From NCBI GenBank assembly GCA_002269645.1, contig NIVC01000785.1, positions 220,054 through 284,053 of the forward strand: 64,000 bases of DNA. Reading direction: 5' to 3'. How positions within the stretch are numbered: the stretch's first letter is position 1; every line of letters begins with the position of its first letter. Source of the DNA: Macrostomum lignano (taxonomy: Eukaryota). The notes below the pieces were generated by a model. It was given only the letters and a program-made list of their open reading frames with translations. It searched no databases and was not told the DNA's origin. Position numbers and translations under genes: made by a program. Below are positions 49,453-62,350 of this stretch, piece after piece.

Positions 49453-51294
49453 TTTTAAGATAGGGTGTCCTATCATGTTTTTTAACTTAAAACATTTGTA
49501 ACTTTTGAACCAAAATAGATCTAGAACAAGGCTGCAAAAAGCAATCTATATCAAACTTCTAGTTATATATTTTTATATAGCTGCTTATGAATCCTAAATT
49601 AACTAAACACATAGGTCATAGTAGAGCATAAACTAGGCCTATGCTGATGGTTATTTGGTGATAAAAATGACTTGACTTAGTTTGAATTAATTTATTTGTA
49701 TACCTAACTTTTATGCTTTTTCCTAGAATGTTTCCATAGTTCAGATTGTGTTTTAATGTACACTGGGTTTATGCCAGAAAAAATGACAAGACCTCATTTG
49801 TATGCCAGGTCCATAGTCCAGATCATGCTGGGTGCATGCCTGAACAAAAAATCAATAGTTACAAATGCACACTAATAAAACTGAGTGCATGTGCCCATTC
49901 TTAAAACTCTATAGGTGCTGCAACAACAAATGACCTTTTTCACATTGTGACAATAAATGACCTTTTTTATTGCATAATAGACCTTTTTGACAGATATTTG
50001 GTTTTGGCAATACTATTTATAGTAGAAAATTGATACATGCATAGATTTGTTTAAATGACTTATTACTAAAAAAATTATGATTGATATTTTCTTATTTAAC
50101 AAGTCTACTTTATGACTTTCAGACTTATGTTAATGTTGGTTGCTTGCTTGCAGGTTGCAGCCATTGCTGGTTGGGTTGGGCTCCCTAAATACATATGCCC
50201 TTGTAATAGTAGTAGCAATATTAAATGACTCAGGAAAAAAGCCTGACTGGTCAATATGAAAAGCTGTTTATCTAATTTTCTTGTTAAAAGTAAATTGAAT
50301 GTACTAAATCTAAATTATAGGCCTCCTCTTGGGCCTAGGCGCCTCCCGAAGTTAATATTTTCTACGAACTTATTAAATTTGAGTTTGCGCAAATTCAAAT
50401 TACTTTTTGTATATTAAAAACAAAGCAAAACACGCCAAGTACAGTAAACTTTGTAGCACAAAATAATATTAGCTTTAAGAAAAAATTATTTTAGTATATT
50501 TAAATCTTTCGGTTTCACACAAGTTGTGTAGGCTGAAGTATTTATGGTGACGTTTAAATTTGACTCTCCGGCCCGATCGACGAGGCGCCGCGCGGCTCTG
50601 CGCTGCCCTGCCCGCCGACTAATTAGGTCTATGAGCAAGGACAAACCTATGCAATTTTTGCCTTTTTTAATAATTCCTGTTCTGTATTTAAATACAGCCT
50701 GTTGTTCTATTGTTTTTCGTTGAAGACCACCCGAAGATGCTGTTAAATATATTAGACCGAAAGGCGTGCTTTTAATTAAATACAAAATTTAGTACTGTGA
50801 TTAGTTCTGTAATTTGTAAATTCTGTAAAACAAAGTTCTGTAATGTGTAAATTATAAACTTTTACTAGGGCCTAGTACTGTTTTATTTCTAAGTATATAT
50901 TAGGGCGCCCAATAAAATGCAGAATCCACAGCGGAATTGGAATAGTAATAGAATAGCTCAGTAAAATGCGGAATCCGTAGCGGAATGGTATAATGCAGAA
51001 TGAGCAATGGAATCCAGTAACTTTAACTAAAATGCAAATGCAAAGTAGCTGAAGTGCATTTTGATCTATTATTATATATAATCTTATAACAATAAAGCTT
51101 TCAAAATTTTACCAAACTACTAGAGAGAAAATTATAATACTTTTCAACACCCATCAGCCATGTTATTTATGAGAGAACCTATATTACTACTTTGAGTAAG
51201 GTCCAGTAGATGCTGCTATTTCTAGTTCAGTTTGCCTCCATATAGAATCATATTCAAATTTCTTTATATTGATGCAGGCCCCTTCGCAAGTTTA

Positions 51295-52035
51295 TAATAT
51301 CCCACCGACTTGTCACCAAGTTGTTGTAGGCGTTCTCTCTATTTCTACTGGATCCCACAGCTGATACCAAGTTGTACCAGGCCTTCTGGCTCTCTCTATT
51401 TAATTCTAAAGTTTAATCACTGAACTGCACTAAAACTGCTAAATTTGCTATTTCTAAGAATCCTATTTCTATATACTTATATGTACTTTTACGTTATGGG
51501 CTATCGTCGCTACGAATTACCCTTGGTAGCTTCAGTGCCCGAGCGGCAAGACACTGCTGACTACTGCTAAATTCCTAAAATTATCCAGTCCAAACACGGC
51601 GTTTACCACAGACCGAGGGTTTCCGGCTTCTTTTAGTACTGTCTCTTACGACTTAGAACTGCATCACGCTAATCTGAGCAACCTGAAAATAATCCCTTCC
51701 TGGGTAATCCAACCTTTCTACACTGGGTATTCCACCCTTTGTACTGGGTATTCCACCCTCTTTGCACTGGGTATTCCACCCTCTTTACTGGGTATTCCAC
51801 CCTCTTTGATCAGCAATCCCTGCTTATCACTGTACTGGCAAAACGCTTTCTGCTATCCAACACGGTAACTTAGTCTGCAATACTGCTTCAAAGGACTAAT
51901 TCAGAAGAACCAAGAAATCTTTTCCTGTTTCCTGTTAACTGATTAGGAAATCGAAAGGTTGAGGTTTCGTTTTATTTTGGCCTTGTATTTATACTAGTAA
52001 TTAGAGTCTTGTTTCATTGGCTTACGTATCTAACA
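51295..52035 (-). mobile_element. LTR relic with PBS-like motifs (far boundary uncertain)
   Basis: Minus strand ...GGTACA-act-TGGTATCAGCTGTGGGAT, resembling a tRNA-Leu PBS; short tandem repeats in the presumed LTR. Confidence 0.35.
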
Positions 52036-52776
52036 TTAAAACAAATGAATGGCTAAAACAAATTATTCGCATCATTAAAACAAAATATTATTCAGTAAAA
52101 CAAATTTACGAATTAAAACAAATCATACGGTACTTATTATTTTGGCGGGAATTTAATTTCGCGGAAACAAACTAATTTTCTAGGAATAAACATAAGCCCT
52201 TCTACAATATATCTTTTTTATATAGTTAAATTGCTGTTGGCAAAGCTATATATATTTAAAATTTCATTTTTTATCCTTACATTTTTCATTTTATGTTAGT
52301 GGATTCCATAGTCAGGAAGGTGGCAAGTGCACGCGGGAATCAATTTATGGAAAAATCCTTGGTGCACGCCAATGTACACCAATTTTTTAAAACCCTTAAC
52401 ATGACGTTTCTGTTGCATGCCAAAAATCTTGAATACCAAAAATCATGTACGCCGAAAATTGTAGTATACCGTATTAGATACTATTTTTAAATAAATTTTC
52501 TACTTACGTTAAACAAAGTTTATATATAGAAAAAGGAAATTCGCTTCAAAGAACATAGTGAGTATCAAAAACTTTTTCTTCACATTTCAAGAAACAAATA
52601 AACTAAAAGTCTACAAGAGTCACAAAATAAGAGCGTTTAAAAGTTATTAGATATTTTAATTTTAATGTTGGCTAGTAGAGTGTAGGCCTGGACTGTACGC
52701 ATTTGTTTCCCCATTGATATTCGCATTGATATTCGAATTTTAACAAAAGCAAAATACTAAAAGCAACCCGTAGCAT

Positions 52777-55700
52777 GAAACTTTACACAGAGTAAACTGC
52801 AACCGTGAAACGACTATTGGTCAAGTTTCAGCTCGATATGTAACTTTGGCTCTGAGCAGGAGCGATTTTCGATGTGTTCCATTTAAAATACATGTGATTC
52901 CAAAATTCGTATTGATATTCGAGTACAGGTACTTCTGCTTCACTGATCTTGACGAAACTTTACACAGAGTAAACTGCAACCGTGAAACGACTATTGGTCA
53001 AGTTTCAGCTCGATATGTAACTTTGGCTCTGAGCAGGAGCGATTTTCGATGTGTTCCATTTAAAATACATGTGATTCCAAAATTCGTATTGATATTCGAG
53101 TACAGGTACTTCTGCTTCACTGATCTTGACGAAACTTTACACAGAGTAAACTGCAACCGTGAAACGACTATTGGTCAAGTTTCAGCTCGATATGTAACTT
53201 TGGCTCTGAGTAGGAGCGATTTTCGATGTGTTCCATTTAAAATACATGTGATTCCAAAATTCGTATTGATATTCGAGTACAGGTACTTCTGCTTCACTGA
53301 TCTTGACGAAACTTTACACAGAGTAAACTGCAACCGTGAAACGACTATTGGTCAAGTTTCAGCTCGATATGTAACTTTGGCTCTGAGCAGGAGCGATTTT
53401 CGATGTGTTCCATTTAAAATACATGTGATTCCAAAATTCGTATTGATATTCGAGTACAGGTACTTCTGCTTCACTGATCTTGACGAAACTTTACACAGAG
53501 TAAACTGCAACCGTGAAACGACTATTGGTCAAGTTTCAGCTCGATATGTAACTTTGGCTCTGAGTAGGAGCGATTTTCGATGTGTTCCATTTAAAATACA
53601 TGTGATTCCAAAATTCGTATTGATATTCGAGTACAGGTACTTCTGCTTCACTGATCTTGACGAAACTTTACACAGAGTAAACTACAACCGTGAAACGACT
53701 ATTGGTCAAGTTTCAGCTTGATATGTAACTTTGGCTCTGAGCAGGAGCGATTTTCGATGTGTTCCATTTAAAATACATGTGATTCCAAAATTCGTATTGA
53801 TATTCGAGTACAGGTACTTCTGCTTCACTGATCTTGACGAAACTTTACACAGAGTAAACTGCAACCGTGAAACGACTATTGGTCAAGTTTCAGCTCGATA
53901 TGTAACTTTGGCTCTGAGCAGGAGCGATTTTCGATGTGTTCCATTTAAAATACATGTGATTCCAAAATTCGTATTGATATTCGAGTACAGGTACTTCTGC
54001 TTCACTGATCTTGACGAAACTTTACACAGAGTAAACTGCAACCGTGAAACGACTATTGGTCAAGTTTCAGCTCGATATGTAACTTTGGCTCTGAGCAGGA
54101 GCGATTTTCGATGTGTTCCATTTAAAATACATGTGATTCCAAAATTCGTATTGATATTCGAGTACAGGTACTTCTGCTTCACTGATCTTGACGAAACTTT
54201 ACACAGAGTAAACTGCAACCGTGAAACGACTATTGGTCAAGTTTCAGCTCGATATGTAACTTTGGCTCTGAGTAGGAGCGATTTTCGATGTGTTCCATTT
54301 AAAATACATGTGATTCCAAAATTCGTATTGATATTCGAGTACAGGTACTTCTGCTTCACTGATCTTGACGAAACTTTACACAGAGTAAACTGCAACCGTG
54401 AAACGACTATTGGTCAAGTTTCAGCTCGATATGTAACTTTGGCTCTGAGCAGGAGCGATTTTCGATGTGTTCTATTTAAAATACATGTGATTCCAAAATT
54501 CGTATTGATATTCGAGTACAGGTACTTCTGCTTCACTGATCTTGACGAAACTTTACACAGAGTAAACTGCAACCGTGAAACGACTATTGGTCAAGTTTCA
54601 GCTCGATATGTAACTTTGGCTCTGAGTAGGAGCGATTTTCGATGTGTTCCATTTAAAATACATGTGATTCCAAAATTCGTATTGATATTCGAGTACAGGT
54701 ACTTCTGCTTCACTGATCTTGACGAAACTTTACACAGAGTAAACTGCAACCGTGAAACGACTATTGGTCAAGTTTCAGCTTGATATGTAACTTTGGCTCT
54801 GAGCAGGAGCGATTTTCGATGTGTTCCATTTAAAATACATGTGATTCCAAAATTCGTATTGATATTCGAGTACAGGTACTTCTGCTTCACTGATCTTGAC
54901 GAAACTTTACACAGAGTAAACTGCAACCGTGAAACGACTATTGGTCAAGTTTCAGCTCGATATGTAACTTTGGCTCTGAGCAGGAGCGATTTTCGATGTG
55001 TTCCATTTAAAATACATGTGATTCCAAAATTCGTATTGATATTCGAGTACAGGTACTTCTGCTTCACTGATCTTGACGAAACTTTACACAGAGTAAACTG
55101 CAACCGTGAAACGACTATTGGTCAAGTTTCAGCTCGATATGTAACTTTGGCTCTGAGCAGGAGCGATTTTCGATGTGTTCCATTTAAAATACATGTGATT
55201 CCAAAATTCATATTGATATTCGAGTACAGGTACTTCTGCTTCACTGATCTTGACGAAACTTTACACAGAGTAAACTGCAACCGTGAAACGACTATTGGTC
55301 AAGTTTCAGCTCGATATGTAACTTTGGCTCTGAGTAGGAGCGATTTTCGATGTGTTCCATTTAAAATACATGTGATTCCAAAATTCGTATTGATATTCGA
55401 GTACAGGTACTTCTGCTTCACTGATCTTGACGAAACTTTACACAGAGTAAACTGCAACCGTGAAACGACTATTGGTCAAGTTTCAGCTCGATATGTAACT
55501 TTGGCTCTGAGCAGGAGCGATTTTCGATGTGTTCCATTTAAAATACATGTGATTCCAAAATTAATATTGATATTCGAGTACAGGTACTTCTGCTTCACTG
55601 ATCTTGACGAAACTTTACACAGAGTAAACTGCAACCGTGAAACGACTATTGGTCAAGTTTCAGCTCGATATGTAACTTTGGCTCTGAGCAGGAGCGATTT

Positions 55701-56798
55701 TCGATGTGTTCCATTTAAAATACATGTGATTCCAAAATTCGTATTGATATTCGAGTACAGGTACTTCTGCTTCACTGATCTTGACGAAACTTTACACAGA
55801 GTAAACTGCAACCGCGAAACGACTATTGGTCAAGTTTCAGCTCGATATGTAACTTTGGCTCTGAGCAGGAGCGATTTTCGATGTGTTCCATTTAAAATAC
55901 ATGTGATTCCAAAATTAATATTGATATTCGAGTACAGGTACTTCTGCTTCACTGATCTTGACGAAACTTTACACAGAGTAAACTGCAACCGTGAAACGAC
56001 TATTGGTCAAGTTTCAGCTCGATATGTAACTTTGGCTCTGAGCAGGAGCGATTTTCGATGTGTTCCATTTAAAATACATGTGATTCCAAAATTAATATTG
56101 ATATTCGAGTACAGGTACTTCTGCTTCACTGATCTTGACGAAACTTTACACAGAGTAAACTGCAACCGTGAAACGACTATTGGTCAAGTTTCAGCTCGAT
56201 ATGTAACTTTGGCTCTGAGCAGGAGCGATTTTCGATGTGTTCCATTTAAAATACATGTGATTCCAAAATTCATATTGATATTCGAGTACAGGTACTTCTG
56301 CTTCACTGATCTTGACGAAAATTTACACAGAGTAAACTGCAACCGTGAAACGACTATTGGTCAAGTTTCAGCTCGATATGTAACTTTGGCTCTGAGCAGG
56401 AGCGATTTTCGATGTGTTCCATTTAAAATACATGTGATTCCAAAATTCATATTGATATTCGAGTACAGGTACTTCTGCTTCACTGATCTTGACGAAACTT
56501 TACACAGAGTAAACTGCAACCGTGAAACGACTATTGGTCAAGTTTCAGCTCGATATGTAACTTTGGCTCTGAGCAGGAGCGATTTTCGATGTGTTCCATT
56601 TAAAATACATGTGATTCCAAAATTCGTATTGATATTCGAGTACAGGTACTTCTGCTTCACTGATCTTGACGAAACTTTACACAGAGTAAACTGCAACCGT
56701 GAAACGACTATTGGTCAAGTTTCAGCTCGATATGTAACTTTGGCTCTGAGCAGGAGCGATTTTCGATGTGTTCCATTTAAAATACATGTGATTCCAAA
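52777..56798 (+). repeat. 177-bp satellite, left arm (about 22.7 units)
   Basis: Period 177 (52846 to 53023; ORF starts 885 and 1062 bp apart); units nearly identical. Confidence 0.98.
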
Positions 56799-59311
56799 CA
56801 ACAACAACAACAACAGAGTACGCTGCCAGTTCGCAAAAGCAGCGTCAGATGGCGCGCTTCGAAGCTTGGGCGCGAACAAAGGCCGCACCGCCGGCAGAGT
56901 CCGGGGTGCCGGCGTAAGCCAGCAGACAGTCGACGTAGCGCCGAGTCCTCGCCTGTCCCCGCCGGTAGGGTGCCTGCAACGTAAGTAGCAGCACCTCCTG
57001 CACCGGCTCCGGACAGTAGGCCTCGGTGCGGATGACGTGGCCTGCTAGCTGGAGTCGCCGACGGCGCAGCAGATCGCTAGGACGGGCCAGGCCGGCGCGA
57101 TGATAGAGCGCCGTGTTGGTGACTCGCTCGTTGCCGATCTTGAAGGCGGCGCGCAGCAGGCCAGCGTGCGCCGCGTCGACTTGAGCCTCGAGCGAGTCTA
57201 TCAGCGTCCAGGTCTCGGCGTTGTATAACAGGACGGTCTCGATCACCGCCTGGAACAGCGCCGCCCTCTGGCGGTCCGGTAGGGCCTCGGACTGCAGGAC
57301 TGACCTTATAGAACGAAAGGCAGCCCAGGCAAGTCCTCGGCGACGCCGCAGATCCTCGCGGACGTCGGGAACCAGACCGCCGAGGTAGACGAACTGCTGA
57401 CATCTTGGAAGCTCACTCGCCTGTCCATCAGCGCCTCGGCAGAAGATTGCAGCCTCGGTGTCGTCCGGCACGCATAGCACGACGGTCTTCTGCGTGTTGA
57501 CCACCAGGCCGACGCTCGCCGCAACGGCAACCAGTCTATCCAGCTGTCGTTGGGCGCCCTCGAGGGCGAGGTCATCGGCGTAGCCAAGCACGCTGAGCCG
57601 TCTCTCCGGTTGGCGTCGACCCACGCGTCGCCGCAGCAGGAAGCCGTCGTCGTTGGAAGGCAGAGCAGTCCGTAGCACCCAGTCAAGCACCAGAATAAAT
57701 AGGAACGGCGCTAGCGTATCTCCCTGGAGCACCCCGGAGGATGTCTCGAAGAAATCCGATAGGCCGTCCGGTGTTTAGACAGCAGCCGTCGTGCCGTGAT
57801 ATAGCGCCATGACAGCAGAAATCAGCAGGTCTGGCACGTTGTACGCACGGAGCACCTCTGGGAGCGCGTCCCTCACGACCGAGTCGAAGGCCTTCCTGAA
57901 ATCGACGAAGATCAGGATCAGGGTCAACTGGCGGATGCGCGCCTCCTCGATGACTCGCCGAAGAGCCAGGATCTGCGTCACTGTGCCGCGATGGGGCCGG
58001 AATCCGTTCTGCTCAGGCCACAGGTACGGGTCCAGCACAGTCTGTAACCGCGATAGCAGCATGCGGTTGAACAGCTTCGCGGCGCAGGACTGTAGGCAGA
58101 TGCCTCGATGCTCCTCGAGCTTGGTGGTGCCCGGCTTCTTTGGAATGGCGACGATGTGCGCCGTGGTCCATTCGTTTGGCGCCACCTCACCGGAAAGCAC
58201 GCGGTTCATCACTCTGGCGACCTGAGTGGCCACGCAGTGGATCCGCAGCGCCTCGGTGGGCACCTCGTCTGGACCAAGCGCTTTGCCGCCCGGCGACTGC
58301 CGAGCGAACTTCACAACGTCGGCTGTGCTGACTGGGGCAACGTTGAAGCTCTCCTCCGCCGGCAACGGCGTCTCCGGCGGCAGCCTCAGATTTTCTGGAA
58401 GCGGAGGGGGCGGCGCGTTGACAATGGCGGCGAAGAACTCGCGCAGCTCGTTCCTGCGCTCATCCGGAATGTCGCCTGCTTGGTTGAGCGCGATGCGCCG
58501 CTTTCGCCCCGTCAGAGTGTTGATGACGGACCAGGCCACGCGCCCTCTGGCATCGGGCCCTGCGGCAGAGACGGCTTGGATGGCGTCATCGACAGCGGAC
58601 TGCTGCCGCTGCAGGTAGACAGCCGCCAGAGCCTCCTCCGCCTCACGAGTTTGCCGCCCACTCAGACGGAGCCTCTCCAGATCTTCCCTCGCTTCGTCGA
58701 TCGCGGGGTCGTCCTGCCAGACCGGCTGCCCGCGCTGGGCCGGTCGCATCAGCGGGACTGCTTGCTCCGCAGCGGCTCGAACTGCAGCGCTCACCTCCGC
58801 GTACTCGGCTCCTCCACGCTTGTCGCCCAGCGCAGTGACAAAGACACCGGCAAAGCGACGCCGCGTCTCGGCGTCCCTGAGCGCGCGGTAGCAGCGCCGC
58901 GGTGGCCGCTTTGGCGGACGGTAGAGCGGGTCCCGAAGCCGAAGGTCGCAGATGAGCAGCCGATGGTCGGACAGCAGAGCCAGCGGCGTAATGGTGCGGC
59001 AGTTGGTGACGCGGCGGCACTCACGAAAGCGCATAAGCACGTGGTCGAGCTGTGCCAGCCTCCGCGTAGCGTTCCGGCCGCGCGCGTTCCGCCGCCTCTG
59101 CTTGCAGCCGACGAAGGTCGCGAGCCTGCCCGGTGACTTGCGGAATCTGGTGTTGGCCGACACCATGTCCTGTCTCTCCAGGAAGTCCTCTAGCGCTCCG
59201 GTGTTGCCGTTCTCGCGAGCTGTCACAAACAGCGATCGCTCGGACCTACGCAGAACTGCGTTCAGGTCTCCGAGAATGACCACTGTGTCACGTTGCGCCA
59301 TCTCCTCCACC
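56797..59311 (-). mobile_element. 5'-truncated, young APE-RT LINE with (TTG)n tail
   Basis: ORFs 57775-59310 and 56845-57732 are one frame split by a single TAA; partial APE, RT (FVDFRKAFDSV, LQGDTLAPFLF, YADD); tail at 56797-56814. Confidence 0.96.
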
Positions 59312-60701
59312 TGTACTCGAATATCAATATGAATTTTGGAATCACATGTATTTTAAATGGAACACATCGAAAATCGCTCCTGCTCAGAGCCAAAGTTACA
59401 TATCGAGCTGAAACTTGACCAATAGTCGTTTCACGGTTGCAGTTTACTCTGTGTAAAGTTTCGTCAAGATCAGTGAAGCAGAAGTACCTGTACTCGAATA
59501 TCAATATGAATTTTGGAATCACATGTAATTTAAATAGAACACATCGAAAATCGCTCCTGCTCAGAGCCAAAGTTACATATCGAGCTGAAACTTGACCAAT
59601 AGTCGTTTCACGGTTGCAGTTTACTCTGTGTAAATTTTCGTCAAGATCAGTGAAGCAGAAGTACCTGTACTCGAATATCAATATGAATTTTGGAATCACA
59701 TGTATTTTAAATGGAACACATCGAAAATCGCTCCTGCTCAGAGCCAAAGTTACATATCGAGCTGAAACTTGACCAATAGTCGTTTCACGGTTGCAGTTTA
59801 CTCTGTGTAAAGTTTCGTCAAGATCAGTGAAGCAGAAGTACCTGTACTCGAATATCAATATGAATTTCGGAATCACATGTATTTTAAATGGAACACATCG
59901 AAAATCGCTCCTGCTCAGAGCCAAAGTTACATATCGAGCTGAAACTTGACCAATAGTCGTTTCACGGTTGCAGTTTACTCTGTGTAAAGTTTCGTCAAGA
60001 TCAGTGAAGCAGAAGTACCTGTACTCGAATATCAATACGAATTTTGGAATCACATGTATTTTAAATGGAACACATCGAAAATCGCTCCTGCTCAGAGCCA
60101 AAGTTACATATCGAGCTGAAACTTGACCAATAGTCGTTTCACAATTGCAGTTTACTCTGTGTAAAGTTTCGTCAAGATCAGTGAAGCAGAAGTACCTGTA
60201 CTCGAATATCAATATTAATTTTGGAATCACATGTATTTTAAATGGAACACATCGAAAATCGCTCCTGCTCAGAGCCAAAGTTACATATCGAGCTGAAACT
60301 TGACCAATAGTCGTTTCACGGTTGCAGTTTACTCTGTGTAAAGTTTCGTCAAGATCAGTGAAGCAGAAGTACCTGTACTCGAATATCAATACGAATTTTG
60401 GAATCACATGTATTTTAAATGGAACACATCGAAAATCGCTCCTGCTCAGAGCCAAAGTTACATATCGAGCTGAAACTTGACCAATAGTCGTTTCACGGTT
60501 GCAGTTTACTCTGTGTAAAGTTTCGTCAAGATCAGTGAAGCAGAAGTACCTGTACTCGAATATCAATACGAATTTTGGAATCACATGTATTTTAAATGGA
60601 ACACATCGAAAATCGCTCCTGCTCAGAGCCAAAGTTACATATCGAGCTGAAACTTGACCAATAGTCGTTTCGCGGTTGCAGTTTACTCTGTGTAAAGTTT
60701 C
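59309..60701 (-). repeat. 177-bp satellite, right arm, inverted (about 7.8 units)
   Basis: Reverse complement of the left-arm unit. Confidence 0.98.
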
Positions 60702-62210
60702 ATGCTACGGGTTGCTTTTAGTATTTTGCTTTTGTTAAAATTCGAATATCAATGCGAATATCAATGGGGAAACAAATGCGTTGGACTGTAGGCTAGGCTG
60801 TAGCCTCAACTAGTTGGTTTAATGAATATTCAAATTCAATTGTTCACGTTTAACTTTATATATTGTATATATATAGTGTATACATCTATATTTGACTTGT
60901 TGATATACTGTCAGTTTGTATTTGCACGCCAAGGTTACACGCCAAGTAAAAAACTTATACGCTGAAAATTTAGGCGTGGCTTGAGACCCCTATTTGCACG
61001 CCAACTTTGCACACCAAAATTTTAGCGTGGCTTGTGCACGCGGGAAAATTCCCGCGTGCAGGCCACCTTCCTGAGTATGAAGTGGATTCCATATTTGATT
61101 TTGTATTTTACCATTCTGCTGCTAATTCTACGTTTTACTATGCTATTCCATTCTGATTCCCCTGTGGATTCCACATTTTACCGGGTACCATATATTAGGC
61201 CTAGCAAATACAGATAATTTGTTCAAAACTTTAGAGCAATGCTAGACCTGTGCCATGGAGGATTTAGTAAAAAAAATTCACATTTTAAGCAATTTTTGCA
61301 CTTTGGATAGAAAGACTTGGATTTAGAAAATTTTAAAATAGCCTATGTTAGATGTCACTTTCTATATATGTTCATTTTTATGCTTAGTATATCATGGCCA
61401 TAAGATAAAGATAGTCTCGACTCTCTTACTAGGCCAGCCCTAGGCTTACTATAAATGTAAATTTTGAATTTTATAATTTAAGCATATTTGAATGGCAATA
61501 AGGCAGGACTACTAGCTATATAGTAACAAGCTTATTTGACTAAAGGCAAGCTAGTGCTAGCTAAATAGTAGAAAAATTTTATGGGCAATAGGCCCAGCTG
61601 GCTAGCTAGAGTTTTGGCACCACAACACAACTCATTTTCTAAGTTCTAATGGCTATGGATCTGGCAGTGCTATATAGAACTTAAAAAATATTTTAAAAGA
61701 TTAAAAAGACTAGGCCTAATAAGAATATGGCTTATATCTATTTAAAATTCAACATTAAAAGTATCTCCTTTCAAATCTTGAGACTCATCATCTAGTCTTA
61801 AATCTTATCTAGAACAAAGTCTCAATTTCTGCTACTTATAGAAAAACTATACTCCAGAAGGCATAGATCATGCTGAAAAATTCTGGCATGCATTTAGTTT
61901 AGCCTAAAATTGTAGCATGCATTGGCATATATTTGGGTATTGTATGCCAAAAGTGGCATGTTGGCATGCTATGGCATAGAAATAGCAGGCATAATAATAG
62001 TGAGGCATATTTTTTAAGACAAAAGTTCATGAAAAGACTTTGTATTGTGAAATGAAGACAAGAATTCATACTTATTTTTATTGCAAAATAACAAGTAAAT
62101 TTTATTGTGCCAAAAAAAGTTATTTACTTAGTATATTTATTATTTGCATGCTACAATAGTTTTAAAAAATGTTGAAGACTCAATAACATGATCTACATAC
62201 ATGTGCAAAT

Positions 62211-62350
62211 TTGGGAATCACCCGGCCATTTCTATTGGCAACATACACATGTAAGTCGCTATTGGCTGAGAGCAGTCACGTGACTACTATTCCGTCCAAT
62301 AGCAACTTACATGTGTGTGTTGCCAATAGAAATGGCCGGGTGAATCCCAA
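62211..62350. repeat. Near-perfect 140-bp palindrome (MITE-like)
   Basis: GGGAATCACCCGGCCATTTCTATTGGCAAC... / ...GTTGCCAATAGAAATGGCCGGGTGAATCCC. Confidence 0.85.

Larger units (their letters stand above)
52697..60781. mobile_element. Foldback-type transposon with satellite-array inverted arms
   Basis: About 80-bp unique termini (ACGCATTTGTTTCCCC...) in exact inverted match, TSD TGGACTGT at 52689-52696 and 60782-60789. Confidence 0.92.
52306..61080. mobile_element. CCATRG-end TIR element (about 0.7 kb of own sequence) hosting the foldback
   Basis: CCATAGTCAGGAAGGTGGC..TGCACGCGGGAA / RC TCATACTCAGGAAGGTGGCCTGCACGCGGGAA; TSD AGTGGATT at 52298-52305 and 61081-61088. Confidence 0.82.

Noticed and set aside
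52846-56988. 731-, 350- and 291-aa ORFs of 59-aa repeats (and 59262-60632)
   Set aside because: By-product of a 177-bp unit (divisible by 3) lacking a stop in one frame. They have no ATG start, are broken by CGA-to-TGA variants, and lie inside a TE arm.
57809-59332. Plus-strand ORFs over the LINE
   Set aside because: Antisense shadows of GC-rich RT coding sequence.
52697-60781. Inversion as an assembly or chimeric-read artefact
   Set aside because: The outer flanks differ and carry a direct 8-bp TSD inside a second element with its own TSD. An artefact is unlikely, though the unit counts may be wrong.
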